Origin: Raphidiopsis brookii D9
GTDB taxonomy: Bacteria; Cyanobacteriota; Cyanobacteriia; Cyanobacteriales; Nostocaceae
DNA: 32,000 bases
Reading direction: 5' to 3'
NCBI GenBank assembly: GCA_000175855.1
Contig: ACYB01000035.1
Span: forward strand, 120,001-152,000
The notes under the pieces were generated by a model. The model had not been told where the DNA came from. It worked only from the letters and a program-made list of their open reading frames with translations, and did not search any database. Shown here piece by piece: positions 9,422 through 19,166 of this stretch. Numbering within the stretch: position 1 is the stretch's first letter; every line of letters begins with the position of its first letter. A program made the translations under genes and the position numbers.

Positions 9422-11436
9422 TTAACTGTTATTTAGATAAGTATATCTTCTCAGACTTTGTTCGTAGGTTTGCAGCAACCTTTGGGATTCGGACAGGGTG
9501 ATACGGTCTTCTAATAGAGCTTGTTCACAACGCTGGCGAATATTTTCTACCATGTCTTCCGAATCATACTGCACATAACTGACTACTTCGCTCATAGTAT
9601 CCCCTTTGACAACGTGTTCAATTTGATAACCTTTTGGTGTAAGTTGAATGTGAACAGCATTGGTATCACCAAACAGGTTATGTAGGTTACCCATAATTTC
9701 CTGGTAAGCACCGTTGAGGAACATCCCCAAATAATAGGGTTGATCGGGTTTGAATTTATGCAACTCTAAAACTGACTTGACATCTCTTAGATCGATAAAT
9801 CGGTCTATTTTGCCATCGCTATCACAAGTTAGATCTGCTAAAATACCCCTTTGAGTCGGTTCTTCATCTAAACGGTGAATTGGCATGATGGGAAATAATT
9901 GGTCTATGGCCCAACAGTCTGGTGCTGATTGAAATACGGAAAGATTAATGTAGTATATAGAAGCCATAATTTTCTCCAGATCTTCCAATTCATCCGGTAC
10001 GTATTCTTGTTGCCTAGTAATTTCTAGGATTTTTTGACAACAAGCCCAGTATAAACGCTCAGCCTTAGCTCGCTCCTGTAAACGTAATATCCCTAAATTG
10101 AACCGACTAATCGCTTCCTCTTTAAACTGAGCAGCGTCGTGATAGAACTCCTGATAGTTCTCTTTGTTGATGGACTGGTAAGTCTCCCACAAATATTTAA
10201 TAATTGGCGATTCTCCTTCCTGGAGCTCCTCCGGTGGATTCAGGGGAACATCACTGGTACTTAAAACATCAAAGATCAGCACGGACTGGTGTGATGCGAT
10301 CGCTCTTCCACTTTCACTAATTAGGGTAGGTACGGGAATTTTACTTTCTGAGCATGTATCTTTCAACTCCGCTACAATATCATTGGCATAGTTTTGCATA
10401 TTGTAGTTTTTAGAGGCATAGAAGTTGGTTTGAGAACCATCATAATCTACTCCTAAACCACCACCCACATCCAAGAACTTCATGTCAGCACCTAACATTG
10501 CCAGTTCCACATAGATACGACTGGCTTCTTGAATGGCATCTTTAATCACATTAATCGCAGAAATTTGTGAGCCAATATGAAAGTGAAGTAGTTGTAAACA
10601 ATCCAGTAAATTGGCAGATCTTAACCTATCCACAGCTTCCATGATTTCTGGGATAGTCAAGCCAAATTTAGCACGGTCTCCCGTAGAAGTTCCCCATCTA
10701 CCCATACCTTGAGTGCTTAATTTTGCCCGTACTCCCAAAATGGGCTTAATCCCTAACTGATCACTAGCTGCGATCGCTAAATCGACCTCTTCAATTTGTT
10801 CCAGGACAATAATTGGAGTTTGTCCTAGTTTTTGAGCTAACATTGCCGTTTCGATATATTCCCGGTCTTTATAGCCATTACAAACTAATAAAGCTCCTGG
10901 TGTGTCTAATAAAGCCAGAGCAATCATTAATTCTGGCTTAGAACCTGCTTCCAGTCCAAACTGATGAGGCGTGCCAAAACGCACCAAGTCTTCAATTAAG
11001 TGCCGTTCTTGGTTGCATTTAACCGGAAAAACTCCCCTATACACTCCAGAATAATTATAGCGAGCGATCGCCTTGGCAAAGCAAGAGTTTAAGCGCTCTA
11101 TACGATCCTCTAGAATATCAGAGAAACGAATTAACAGAGGTAGTCCCAGATTTCGTTGTTTTAGAGCATTGACCAACTCAAACAAGTCCAGAGATCCCCC
11201 CCGATCTCCCTTGGGAGAGACTGTGACATGCCCTGCTGCATTAATGGAAAAATAAGGTTTACCCCAACCTTCAATGCGATATAGATCTTCACTATCCTCT
11301 ATTTTCCAGCTGCGGGGTAAATCACCCGATTTAGTGCTGGGGGTACTAGTTTTTTATGTTTTTGGTTTTTCAATTCTGATTTATGTCCATTAATATGAAC
11401 TTTGACGATTTCATTGGTAATTGACTCGACACCCAT
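9422..11436 (-). pseudogene. speA: biosynthetic arginine decarboxylase, N-terminal about 85 codons displaced by a 1-nt frameshift
   Basis: The 587-aa ORF 9422..11185 is clearly SpeA (PLP site FPVKCNQ, DVGGGLGVDYDG). The same frame stays open upstream to 11353 and encodes SWKIEDSEDLYRIEGWGKPYFSINAAGHVTVSPKGDRGGSLDL, but it has no start codon there. An ATG with an SD-like sequence at 11436 (MGVESITNEIVKVHINGHKSELKNQKHKK) is in another frame. The frames meet at the A6 run (T6 on the plus strand, 11350-11355). Adding one A gives 671 aa. Confidence 0.85.
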
Positions 11437-11696
11437 TTCTTCCTCACCTTATGTTGTGTTTACCCACAGAGTAATAATTTAACAAATTAAATCCTCAGCT
11501 GTAATTAATCCACATTCCTAGGATTTTCAATTTTTGTTTGATATTAGTATGAGAAATATGTTAAATTTGATTAAGATTACGGGAAAACATCCCAGATCTA
11601 GCTTAGGCAAACCGTGTTGCCATGTCAAATTACAAAATGGATTTATAAGCATCCGTTACAAAATTAGTCATATTAGTACTAGAGGCGAATTAACAG

Positions 11697-13583
11697 ATGA
11701 AATTTTCCTGGAGAGTTGTAGCACTTTGGTCAGTCTTGGCCCTAGTAATAGGCTTTTTTCTCTGGCAAGGTACTTTTGCTGGATCCCCAGGGGATCAAAG
11801 CAAAAACGCTGCGAATACCAGAATGACCTACGGACGATTTTTAGAATACCTGGATGCGGATCGTGTAACCAGTGTAGACCTATACGAAGGGGGTAGAACA
11901 GCCATTATTGAAGCCCTGGATCAAGATATTGAGAACCATGTTCAACGTTGGCGTGTAGATCTGCCCTTAAATGCACCCGAATTAGTGAACAAACTAAAAG
12001 AACACCAAGTCAGTTTTGATGCTCACCCAGTTCGTAATGACGGTGCCATCTGGGGTCTATTAGGCAATTTAGTCTTCCCCGTGTTACTGATTGGTGGTTT
12101 ATTCTTGTTGTTTCGTCGTTCTAACAACCTTCCCGGGGGACCTGGTCAAGCCATGAGCTTTGGTAAATCTCGTGCTCGGTTCCAAATGGAGGCCAAAACC
12201 GGAGTAAAATTTGATGACGTAGCTGGTATTGAAGAAGCTAAAGAGGAATTACAAGAAGTTGTTACCTTCTTAAAGCAACCAGAGAAATTTACTGCAGTAG
12301 GGGCGAAAATTCCCAAAGGTGTGTTGTTAGTAGGACCACCAGGAACAGGTAAAACCCTATTAGCAAAAGCAATTGCTGGTGAAGCAGGCGTACCATTCTT
12401 TTCTATTTCCGGTTCGGAATTTGTAGAAATGTTTGTGGGTGTGGGAGCTTCTAGAGTTCGTGACTTGTTTAAAAAAGCCAAAGATAACGCCCCTTGTATT
12501 ATCTTTATAGATGAAATTGATGCTGTAGGTCGTCAACGGGGTGCGGGTATAGGTGGGGGAAATGATGAGCGGGAGCAGACCCTGAACCAACTGTTAACGG
12601 AAATGGATGGTTTTGAGGGTAACACTGGCATCATTATTATTGCTGCTACCAACCGTCCTGATGTCCTTGACTCAGCTCTTTTACGTCCTGGACGTTTTGA
12701 CAGACAGGTGACCGTAGATGCACCTGATATTAAAGGGCGGTTAGAAATCTTAGAGGTTCATGCGCGCAACAAGAAATTAGATCAAGGCGTGTCCTTAGAG
12801 GCAATTGCCCGTCGAACTCCTGGATTTAGCGGTGCTGACCTAGCCAACTTATTGAATGAAGCGGCTATTTTGACCGCCAGAAGACGCAAAGAAGCAATTA
12901 CCCTATTAGAAATTGATGATGCGGTTGACAGAGTAGTAGCGGGGATGGAAGGTACTCCTCTAGTAGACAGCAAGAGTAAGCGATTAATTGCCTACCATGA
13001 AATAGGACATGCCTTAATAGGTACTTTATTAAAAGATCATGATCCAGTCCAAAAAGTCACCCTAATTCCCAGAGGACAAGCACAGGGTTTAACCTGGTTT
13101 ATGCCTAATGAAGAACAAGGACTAATTACCCGTTCCCAACTCAAGGCCAGGATTACAGGTGCTTTAGGAGGGCGTGCAGCTGAGGATGTAATTTTTGGTG
13201 CAGCAGAAGTTACTACCGGTGCGGGAAATGATTTACAACAGGTAACTGGTATGGCGCGCCAAATGGTAACACGTTTTGGTATGTCCGAACTTGGTCCCCT
13301 ATCCCTAGAAAGTCAACAAGGGGAAGTCTTTTTAGGACGTGATTGGACGACTAGATCTGAGTATTCTGAATCTATTGCCGCTCGTATTGACGCACAAGTG
13401 AGAACAATTGTAGAAGAGTGTTATGATCTGGCAAAAGCTATCATGAAGCAAAATCGTACTCTTACTGATCGTCTAGTAGATCTTTTGATTGAAAAAGAGA
13501 CCATAGACGGTAATGAATTCCGACAAATCGTAGCTGAATATACTGTTGTTCCCGATAAAACCCAGTTTGTTCCGCAGCTATAA
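11697..13583 (+). CDS. ftsH: ATP-dependent zinc metalloprotease FtsH
   Basis: 628-aa ORF with Walker A GPPGTGKT, Walker [10 protein letters not shown], the SRH region and the zinc motif HEIGHAL, plus two N-terminal TM segments. Confidence 0.95.
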   Translation: MKFSWRVVALWSVLALVIGFFLWQGTFAGSPGDQSKNAANTRMTYGRFLEYLDADRVTSVDLYEGGRTAIIEALDQDIENHVQRWRVDLPLNAPELVNKLKEHQVSFDAHPVRNDGAIWGLLGNLVFPVLLIGGLFLLFRRSNNLPGGPGQAMSFGKSRARFQMEAKTGVKFDDVAGIEEAKEELQEVVTFLKQPEKFTAVGAKIPKGVLLVGPPGTGKTLLAKAIAGEAGVPFFSISGSEFVEMFVGVGASRVRDLFKKAKDNAPCIIFIDEIDAVGRQRGAGIGGGNDEREQTLNQLLTEMDGFEGNTGIIIIAATNRPDVLDSALLRPGRFDRQVTVDAPDIKGRLEILEVHARNKKLDQGVSLEAIARRTPGFSGADLANLLNEAAILTARRRKEAITLLEIDDAVDRVVAGMEGTPLVDSKSKRLIAYHEIGHALIGTLLKDHDPVQKVTLIPRGQAQGLTWFMPNEEQGLITRSQLKARITGALGGRAAEDVIFGAAEVTTGAGNDLQQVTGMARQMVTRFGMSELGPLSLESQQGEVFLGRDWTTRSEYSESIAARIDAQVRTIVEECYDLAKAIMKQNRTLTDRLVDLLIEKETIDGNEFRQIVAEYTVVPDKTQFVPQL

Positions 13584-13588
13584 AACTG

Positions 13589-13614
13589 ATGGGGATGTTC
13601 TGTCCCCATTTATT
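13589..13614 (+). terminator. putative rho-independent terminator of ftsH
   Basis: 7-bp stem atgggga (13589-13595) and tccccat (13603-13609) with a 7-nt loop, followed by ttatt. It starts 6 nt after the ftsH stop. Confidence 0.4.
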
Positions 13615-13915
13615 ACCTAACGGAAAAAGCCTCATTGAACCTTCTGGTAATAGGACTAATTTGTAAAACCTCAGCATCCACCAAACCGAATTCTTGAAAA
13701 GGGAAAGTTGCCAACTTCACCTTTGCTGACATACCTTGACGAATAAAACCAATATCACGATTGAGAACTTTTACTTCTAACAGCTCTGATAATATCCGTA
13801 TTTGCCCTATTTACCCTCACCAGTTGCAGTTGCGACTTCATCGCTAATACAAGTAATGATAAAATGGTGTAGTCTTAACAACAACTTGCCCTAGGTTAAT
13901 CGTTAAAATTCATGG
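13614..13915 (-). pseudogene. degraded relic of a HlyD-family (membrane-fusion/periplasmic adaptor) gene
   Basis: The minus-strand frame 13614..13810 reads IGQIRILSELLEVKVLNRDIGFIRQGMSAKVKLATFPFQEFGLVDAEVLQISP..., which matches the C-terminal beta-barrel region of HlyD-type adaptors. It has no start codon and is bounded by stops. More upstream pieces in other frames (ILTINLGQVVVKTTPF) suggest further frameshifts. The rest of the gene is absent. Confidence 0.45.
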
Positions 13916-13974
13916 CTGGGTGGTTGACTTCTTGATCATGGTATTATCTAGCTGGGAAAATGAGGAAATAAACC

Positions 13975-16085
13975 GTGTTAAAATTCTTTGCAGACAGAGG
14001 TGGAACATTTACAGACATTGTAGCTTTAACCGATAATCAGGACATAATCAATAGATTATTAAACTACCCCCAGAGATTTTTAATTGTTCCCTTACCCAAT
14101 CAACAATGGGTAATAGTTTATAAATTATTGTCAGAGAATCCCGATCAGTATACAGATGCGGTAATTCAAGGAATTCGTCATATTATGGGAGTTCCCCCCA
14201 ACAGAGTATTCCTGGTCAAACCATAGAAGTGATTAAAATGGGAACAACAGTAGCAACAAATGCACTACTAGAAAGACATGGAGACCGGGTTGTTTTAGTC
14301 ATTAATAAAGGCTTTAAAGATGCTTTAAGAATTGGTTATCAAAACCGTCCTAACATTTTCGCCCGACAGATAATTTTACCCACCATGCTGTATGAAGCAG
14401 TAATTGAAGTAGATGCTAGATATGATGCTCAAGGTAAGGAGTTATTTCCCGTAAATTATCAGAAAATTAAATATGACCTACAAACAATTCATCAAACAGG
14501 AATTGACAGTTGCGCCATCGTTCTTATGCATGGCGATCGCTATCCCAAACATGAACAAGAAATAGGAAAAATTGCCGAAGAAATTGGATTTACCCAAATT
14601 TCCATTTCCCATGAAGTTAGTCCCCTAATGAAACTTGTGAGTCGGGGAGACACAACAGTTGTGGATGCTTATTTAACACCCATATTACGTCGTTATGTCA
14701 ATCAGGTTTCCAGTCAAGTTCCCGAGGTCAAATTAATGTTTATGAAATCTGATGGTGGGTTAACTGATGCAGAGAAATTTCAAGGTAAAGATAGCATTTT
14801 AAGTGGGCCTGCTGGTGGTATTGTTGGTGCAGTACAAACTAGTAAAAGAGCAGGATTTAATTTAATCATCACCTTTGATATGGGAGGAACAAGTACAGAT
14901 GTGGCCCATTTTAAAGGGGAGTATGAAAGACAATTAGATTCGGAAATAGCAGGTGCGCGGATGCGAGTTCCCGTCCTAGCGATTAATACCATTGCTGCAG
15001 GTGGAGGTTCGATTTTATCCTTTGATGGATCCACCTATCGTGTAGGTCCGGAATCTGCGGGTTCAAATCCCGGACCTGCATCCTACAGACGGGGGGGACC
15101 ATTAACAGTTACAGATGCTAATATTATGCTGGGCAAGATTCAACCCCAATACTTTCCAGCAGTTTTTGGAAATGATGGTCAATTACCTTTAGATAGGGAA
15201 CTAGTTTTGCAGAAGTTTACAGACTTGACCCAGAATATGACCTTAACTACAGGAAAATCCTTTTCTCCTCCACAGGTAGCATCAGGATTTATTGCTATTG
15301 CTGTGGAAAATATGGCTAATGCCATTAAAAAAATTAGTCTACAACGGGGTTATGATATTAGCGAATATGTATTATGTTGTTTTGGAGGTGCGGGTGGACA
15401 GGTAGCTTGTTTAATTGCGGATACATTAGGCATGAAAAAGATATTTTTGCATCCCTTTGCTGGTGTACTGTCAGCTTATGGCATGGGTTTAGCTGATGTG
15501 AGAGCTACCAGAGTCACCGGAGTAGAAAAACCCTTGAGTCAGTCCTTAATTCCCGAATTACAGAAATTAGTTACCCGTTTAGAAATTTCCGCTCATCAAG
15601 AATTAAACCCAGCAGAAAATCAGGTAAATCAGTTGTCAGTCAGGGTGATTAAAAACCTTAACCTCAAGTATGAGGGAACTAATTCTACCTTATCCATCGA
15701 TTTTAGAAACGATATAGAATTAATACAGCAGCAATTTGCTAGGGAACACAAATCAAGATATGGGTTCATTCAGCCAGAAAAAACCTTAATTGTGGAATCT
15801 ATTTTTGTCGAGGTGATTCAACAGATGGAGACACCAGAAGAACCAATCATTTTCCGTCAACTTCCCCAGGGGCAAATTCCCCAACCTTTAGAAGTAGTTG
15901 AGGTATTTACTGCCAATAGGTGGTGCCATACTCCAGTTTATAAAAGAGAAGATTTACAACCGGGAGATATTATCCCAGGTACTGCTATTATTGTGGAGAA
16001 AATTAGCACTATTGTCGTTGAAACCAATTGGCAAGTAAAATTAACTGAACGTAATCATTTAATTTTGGAAAAAGTAGAAAGATGA
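13975..16085 (+). pseudogene. hydantoinase/oxoprolinase A-type subunit (HyuA family), split by a 1-nt frameshift
   Basis: ORF 13975..14226 starts (GTG)LKFFADRGGTFTDIVA, the hydantoinase A N-terminal motif. ORF 14229..16085 continues with KMGTTVATNALLER, FDMGGTSTDV and so on. The second frame read upstream gives QSIPGQTIEVIKMGTT. The junction is at the C6 run 14194-14199. Adding one C gives 703 aa. Confidence 0.8.
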
Positions 16086-17665
16086 AAAAACTATATGATC
16101 ATATTCAGCCAGATCCAGTTCGCTTAGAAATTTTTAAAAATCTCTATCAATTTATTGCCGAACAAATGGGAATAGTCCTGCAAAACACAGCCCTATCAGT
16201 TAATATTAAGGAACGTCTGGATTTTTCCTGCGCTATTTTTGACAGTTCTGGTTTATTGGTTGCTAACGCTCCTCATATTCCCGTTCATTTAGGTTCTATG
16301 AGTGAAAGCGTACGCTGTTTAATTAATGATTTGGGAGCCACAATTAAACCAGGTAATGTTTATCTATCCAATAATCCCTACAATGGGGGAACCCATTTAC
16401 CTGATGTTACTGCTATCACTCCTATATTTTTGCCTCCATTTCTTAATATGTTTTTAAAAACTGGGCAGGAACTTCCCCTATTTTTCGTTGCATCCCGAGG
16501 ACACCAAGCAGATATAGGTGGTATTACTCCCGGATCCATGCCTCCCCATAGTACGGATATTACACAAGAAGGGATTATTTTTGATAATTTTCTCCTGGTT
16601 CGGGAAGGAGAGCTACAAGAAACCTCCGTGAGAAATTATCTGTTAAATCATCCCTATCCCAGTCGCAATCCTGACCAAAATATAGCAGATTTTAAAGCTC
16701 AAATTGCCGCCAACGCCAGGGGAAGCCAAGAATTAATAAAAATGGTTGAGCACTATGGGCTAGAAACTGTAAAAGTTTATATGCAGTTTGTGCAAGATAA
16801 TGCGGAAGAATCGGTAAGAAGAACCATCAATGTTTTAAAAAATGGATCCTTTACATATCCAATGGACAGTGGAGCAAAAATTCAGGTTCAAGTCACCATT
16901 GATAGGGAAAATCGCACAGCTAAAATTGATTTTACGGGCACATCACCACAATTAAAGAGCAATTTTAATGCACCTAAAGCTGTAACTCAAGCAGCAGTAT
17001 TATACGTCTTTAGAACTCTGGTAGATGACAATATTCCTCTTAATGCTGGCTGTCTCAAACCTTTAGAAATTATTATTCCTCAAGGTTCTATGCTAAATCC
17101 TACCTATCCAGCAGCAGTAGTAGCAGGAAATGTGGAAACATCACAAACTATTGTTGATGCTTTATATGGTGCCCTAGGTGTAATGGCTGCTTCCCAAGGA
17201 ACGATGAATAATTTCACTTTTGGCAATGAAAAATATCAATATTATGAAACTATTTGTGGCGGTTCCGGAGCAGGTATGGACTTTCATGGCACAGATGCAG
17301 TTCACACTCACATGACCAATTCCCGACTTACCGATCCAGAAGTGTTAGAAACCCGTTATCCAGTAATAGTGGAAAGTTTTAGCATCCGTGAGAATAGTGG
17401 GGGTAAAGGGAAATATTCCGGGGGTAATGGGGTGGTCAGAAAAATCAAATTTCTCGAATCCATGACGGCAAATATTCTTTCTGGTCATCGTTTAGTCCCC
17501 CCCTTTGGATTACATGGTGGAGCACCAGGAAAGGTGGGAAACAACTGGATACAACGCGAAAATAGCATCCCAGAGGTTTTAGATAGCACTGCTACTGTAG
17601 AAATGCAACCAGGAGATATTTTTGTCATAGAAACTCCTGGTGGTGGTGGATTTCAGGAGCAATAA
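16082..17665 (+). CDS. hydantoinase B/oxoprolinase family protein (HyuB type)
   Basis: 527-aa ORF with [31 protein letters not shown] and GGTHLPDVT motifs typical of hydantoinase B. Its ATG overlaps the upstream gene's TGA (ATGA at 16082-16085), which implies an operon with the A subunit. Confidence 0.85.
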   Translation: MKKLYDHIQPDPVRLEIFKNLYQFIAEQMGIVLQNTALSVNIKERLDFSCAIFDSSGLLVANAPHIPVHLGSMSESVRCLINDLGATIKPGNVYLSNNPYNGGTHLPDVTAITPIFLPPFLNMFLKTGQELPLFFVASRGHQADIGGITPGSMPPHSTDITQEGIIFDNFLLVREGELQETSVRNYLLNHPYPSRNPDQNIADFKAQIAANARGSQELIKMVEHYGLETVKVYMQFVQDNAEESVRRTINVLKNGSFTYPMDSGAKIQVQVTIDRENRTAKIDFTGTSPQLKSNFNAPKAVTQAAVLYVFRTLVDDNIPLNAGCLKPLEIIIPQGSMLNPTYPAAVVAGNVETSQTIVDALYGALGVMAASQGTMNNFTFGNEKYQYYETICGGSGAGMDFHGTDAVHTHMTNSRLTDPEVLETRYPVIVESFSIRENSGGKGKYSGGNGVVRKIKFLESMTANILSGHRLVPPFGLHGGAPGKVGNNWIQRENSIPEVLDSTATVEMQPGDIFVIETPGGGGFQEQ

Positions 17666-17670
17666 ACCTA

Positions 17671-18467
17671 CTAAACTTCCACTACTACGGGTGCATGATC
17701 ACTAGGCTGTTCTAGCTTTCTAGGACTAATATCAATTAAGCAACTCTTAGCCTGTTTATAAAGTACATCTGTTAAGTAGTGATGGTCTATTCTCCATCCC
17801 GAATTTCTTTTAAAAGCTCCCGTACGATAGTCCCACCAACTATAATTACCCCCTGGGAATTAAACTTGCGAAACCCATCCCCAAAACCCAGGTTCAAAAT
17901 CTCTCTTAAAGCTTCTCTCTCTGGTAAGGATGCCATAATCTGATTTTTTGTATCCACTTGTTTATAAATGTCTATATCTTCCAGTGCAATGTTAAAATCA
18001 CCACACATAATAATGTGAGAATTAGATTTCAGCAAAACCTCTAGGTATGTTTTTAATACTGCTAACCACTGCAATTTATATTGATATTTCTCACTTCCTA
18101 CTGCTGAACCATTGGGAACATACAGATTAATAATTCTCACTTCATCTACAATACCCGTGATCACTCTTTTCTGGTCATCCCATTCAGGTTCCAGATTTTC
18201 CAGCACCTGACAAAACCCTGTACTTACACTTTTCATTGGCTGGCGACTAATTAATGCTACACCATTGTAAGCCTTTTGTCCATAAATATAAGTGTGATAG
18301 CCTACGTCATGAAATACAGTTAGGGGAAAATCCCTATCTATGACCTTGGTTTCCTGTAGACACAGAACATCAACATTATTTTCCCCTAACCAGCTAATAA
18401 CCTGTTCTAGACGAGTACGAATTGAATTGACATTCCAAGTGGCAATTTTCATGAGCGGATTGAGCAA
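17671..18467 (-). pseudogene. xth: exodeoxyribonuclease III, C-terminal catalytic region displaced by a 1-nt frameshift
   Basis: ORF 17787..18467 starts MKIATWNVNSIRTRL...LCLQETK (ExoIII/AP endonuclease). It ends in nonsense after ...FRKFNSQG. The adjacent frame encodes NYSWWDYRTGAFKRNSGWRIDHHYLT...PSDHAPVVVEV, which includes the catalytic His, up to the stop at 17671-17673. The junction is at the G5 run (C5 on the plus strand, 17849-17853). Adding one G gives 265 aa. Confidence 0.85.
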
Positions 18468-18871
18468 TGGTTATGCAAACAGAGAATTTAACAATACTGA
18501 ATATTAATTTAATTATTATAGTATGGGGGGTTACAAAATTTGAAAATTCTCAATTGCGAGAACTATGGTCTTATTATGATCCCCAAGACAGATGAAACGA
18601 CCACATACTAGTCTATAATAACAGTGGTTATATTTATTGTCTATAGACTGTTATTTGAACCCAACTCGTTTGTGGAAATTAGAAAAGTTAATTTAAATTG
18701 AAAAAAACTCGGTAGAAATTTCTTTCCTCTTAAAATTCCTCTAGGTGAGGTTGGGACTGCTAACAGGATATGCCAAATCAAATTACCACTATATACAAAA
18801 GCAGTTGTGACTAACCATTTAACTTGACTAAGTTTTTCTCTAAGCATAAAAATTTTTAGGAGGATATTGAC

Positions 18872-19066
18872 ATGAGTAATAGAGCCAATACATGTCCCTG
18901 CTGTGGTGGGTTCGTTTTGCGACATATTCGTCACAGAGAACTGTACTGGTTTTGCCCATCTTGTCGTCAAGAAGTACCACTATTAACCATAAGTCGCATA
19001 TCAGTCCAATTGGAAAATGCCCACACCGCGTCTATCAAATCCTCCACGGTTACATCCTTGGAGTAG
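18872..19066 (+). CDS. small zinc-ribbon-like hypothetical protein
   Basis: 64-aa ORF with two Cys pairs (CPCC ... CPSC) about 20 residues apart. A strong SD, AGGAGG, lies at 18858-18863, 8 nt upstream of the ATG. No family was recognised by eye. Confidence 0.45.
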   Translation: MSNRANTCPCCGGFVLRHIRHRELYWFCPSCRQEVPLLTISRISVQLENAHTASIKSSTVTSLE

Positions 19067-19166
19067 GATATTATTTTGTTGCCAAAAAGCCGATCAGGAG
19101 ACAGTACATATCATATAATGGGGAAATGGATCTAAATTCTTACAAAACTTAACACTACCTGATCAC

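Noticed and set aside
11534-11896. 120-aa ORF overlapping the ftsH start region.
   Set aside because: It overlaps the strongly supported ftsH N-terminus in another frame, is Cys/Arg-rich with no recognisable fold, and is probably noise in the promoter or 5' region.
15055-15076. tRNA T-arm-like motif gcgggttcaaatcccgg.
   Set aside because: It lies inside the hydantoinase A coding frame (ESAGSNPGP). The stem is imperfect, and no acceptor, D or anticodon arms are present around it.
16070-16100. The idea that hydantoinase A and B were originally one fused 5-oxoprolinase gene, split by another homopolymer error at the A6 run (16085-16090).
   Set aside because: The A-subunit TGA occurs before the A run, and the ATGA overlap is a standard two-gene coupling arrangement. 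No frameshift is needed to explain the junction.
18605-18656. Inverted and direct repeat cluster (gtctata ... gtctata; ataacag ... ctgttat) upstream of the small zinc-ribbon ORF.
   Set aside because: The arms are short (7 bp) with a 23-nt loop in AT-rich sequence, which is within chance expectation, and I found no matching copies elsewhere in the window.
18641-18970. 109-aa minus-strand ORF in the xth to BT1 spacer.
   Set aside because: It overlaps the better-supported zinc-ribbon ORF on the opposite strand, has no RBS and matches no recognisable family.
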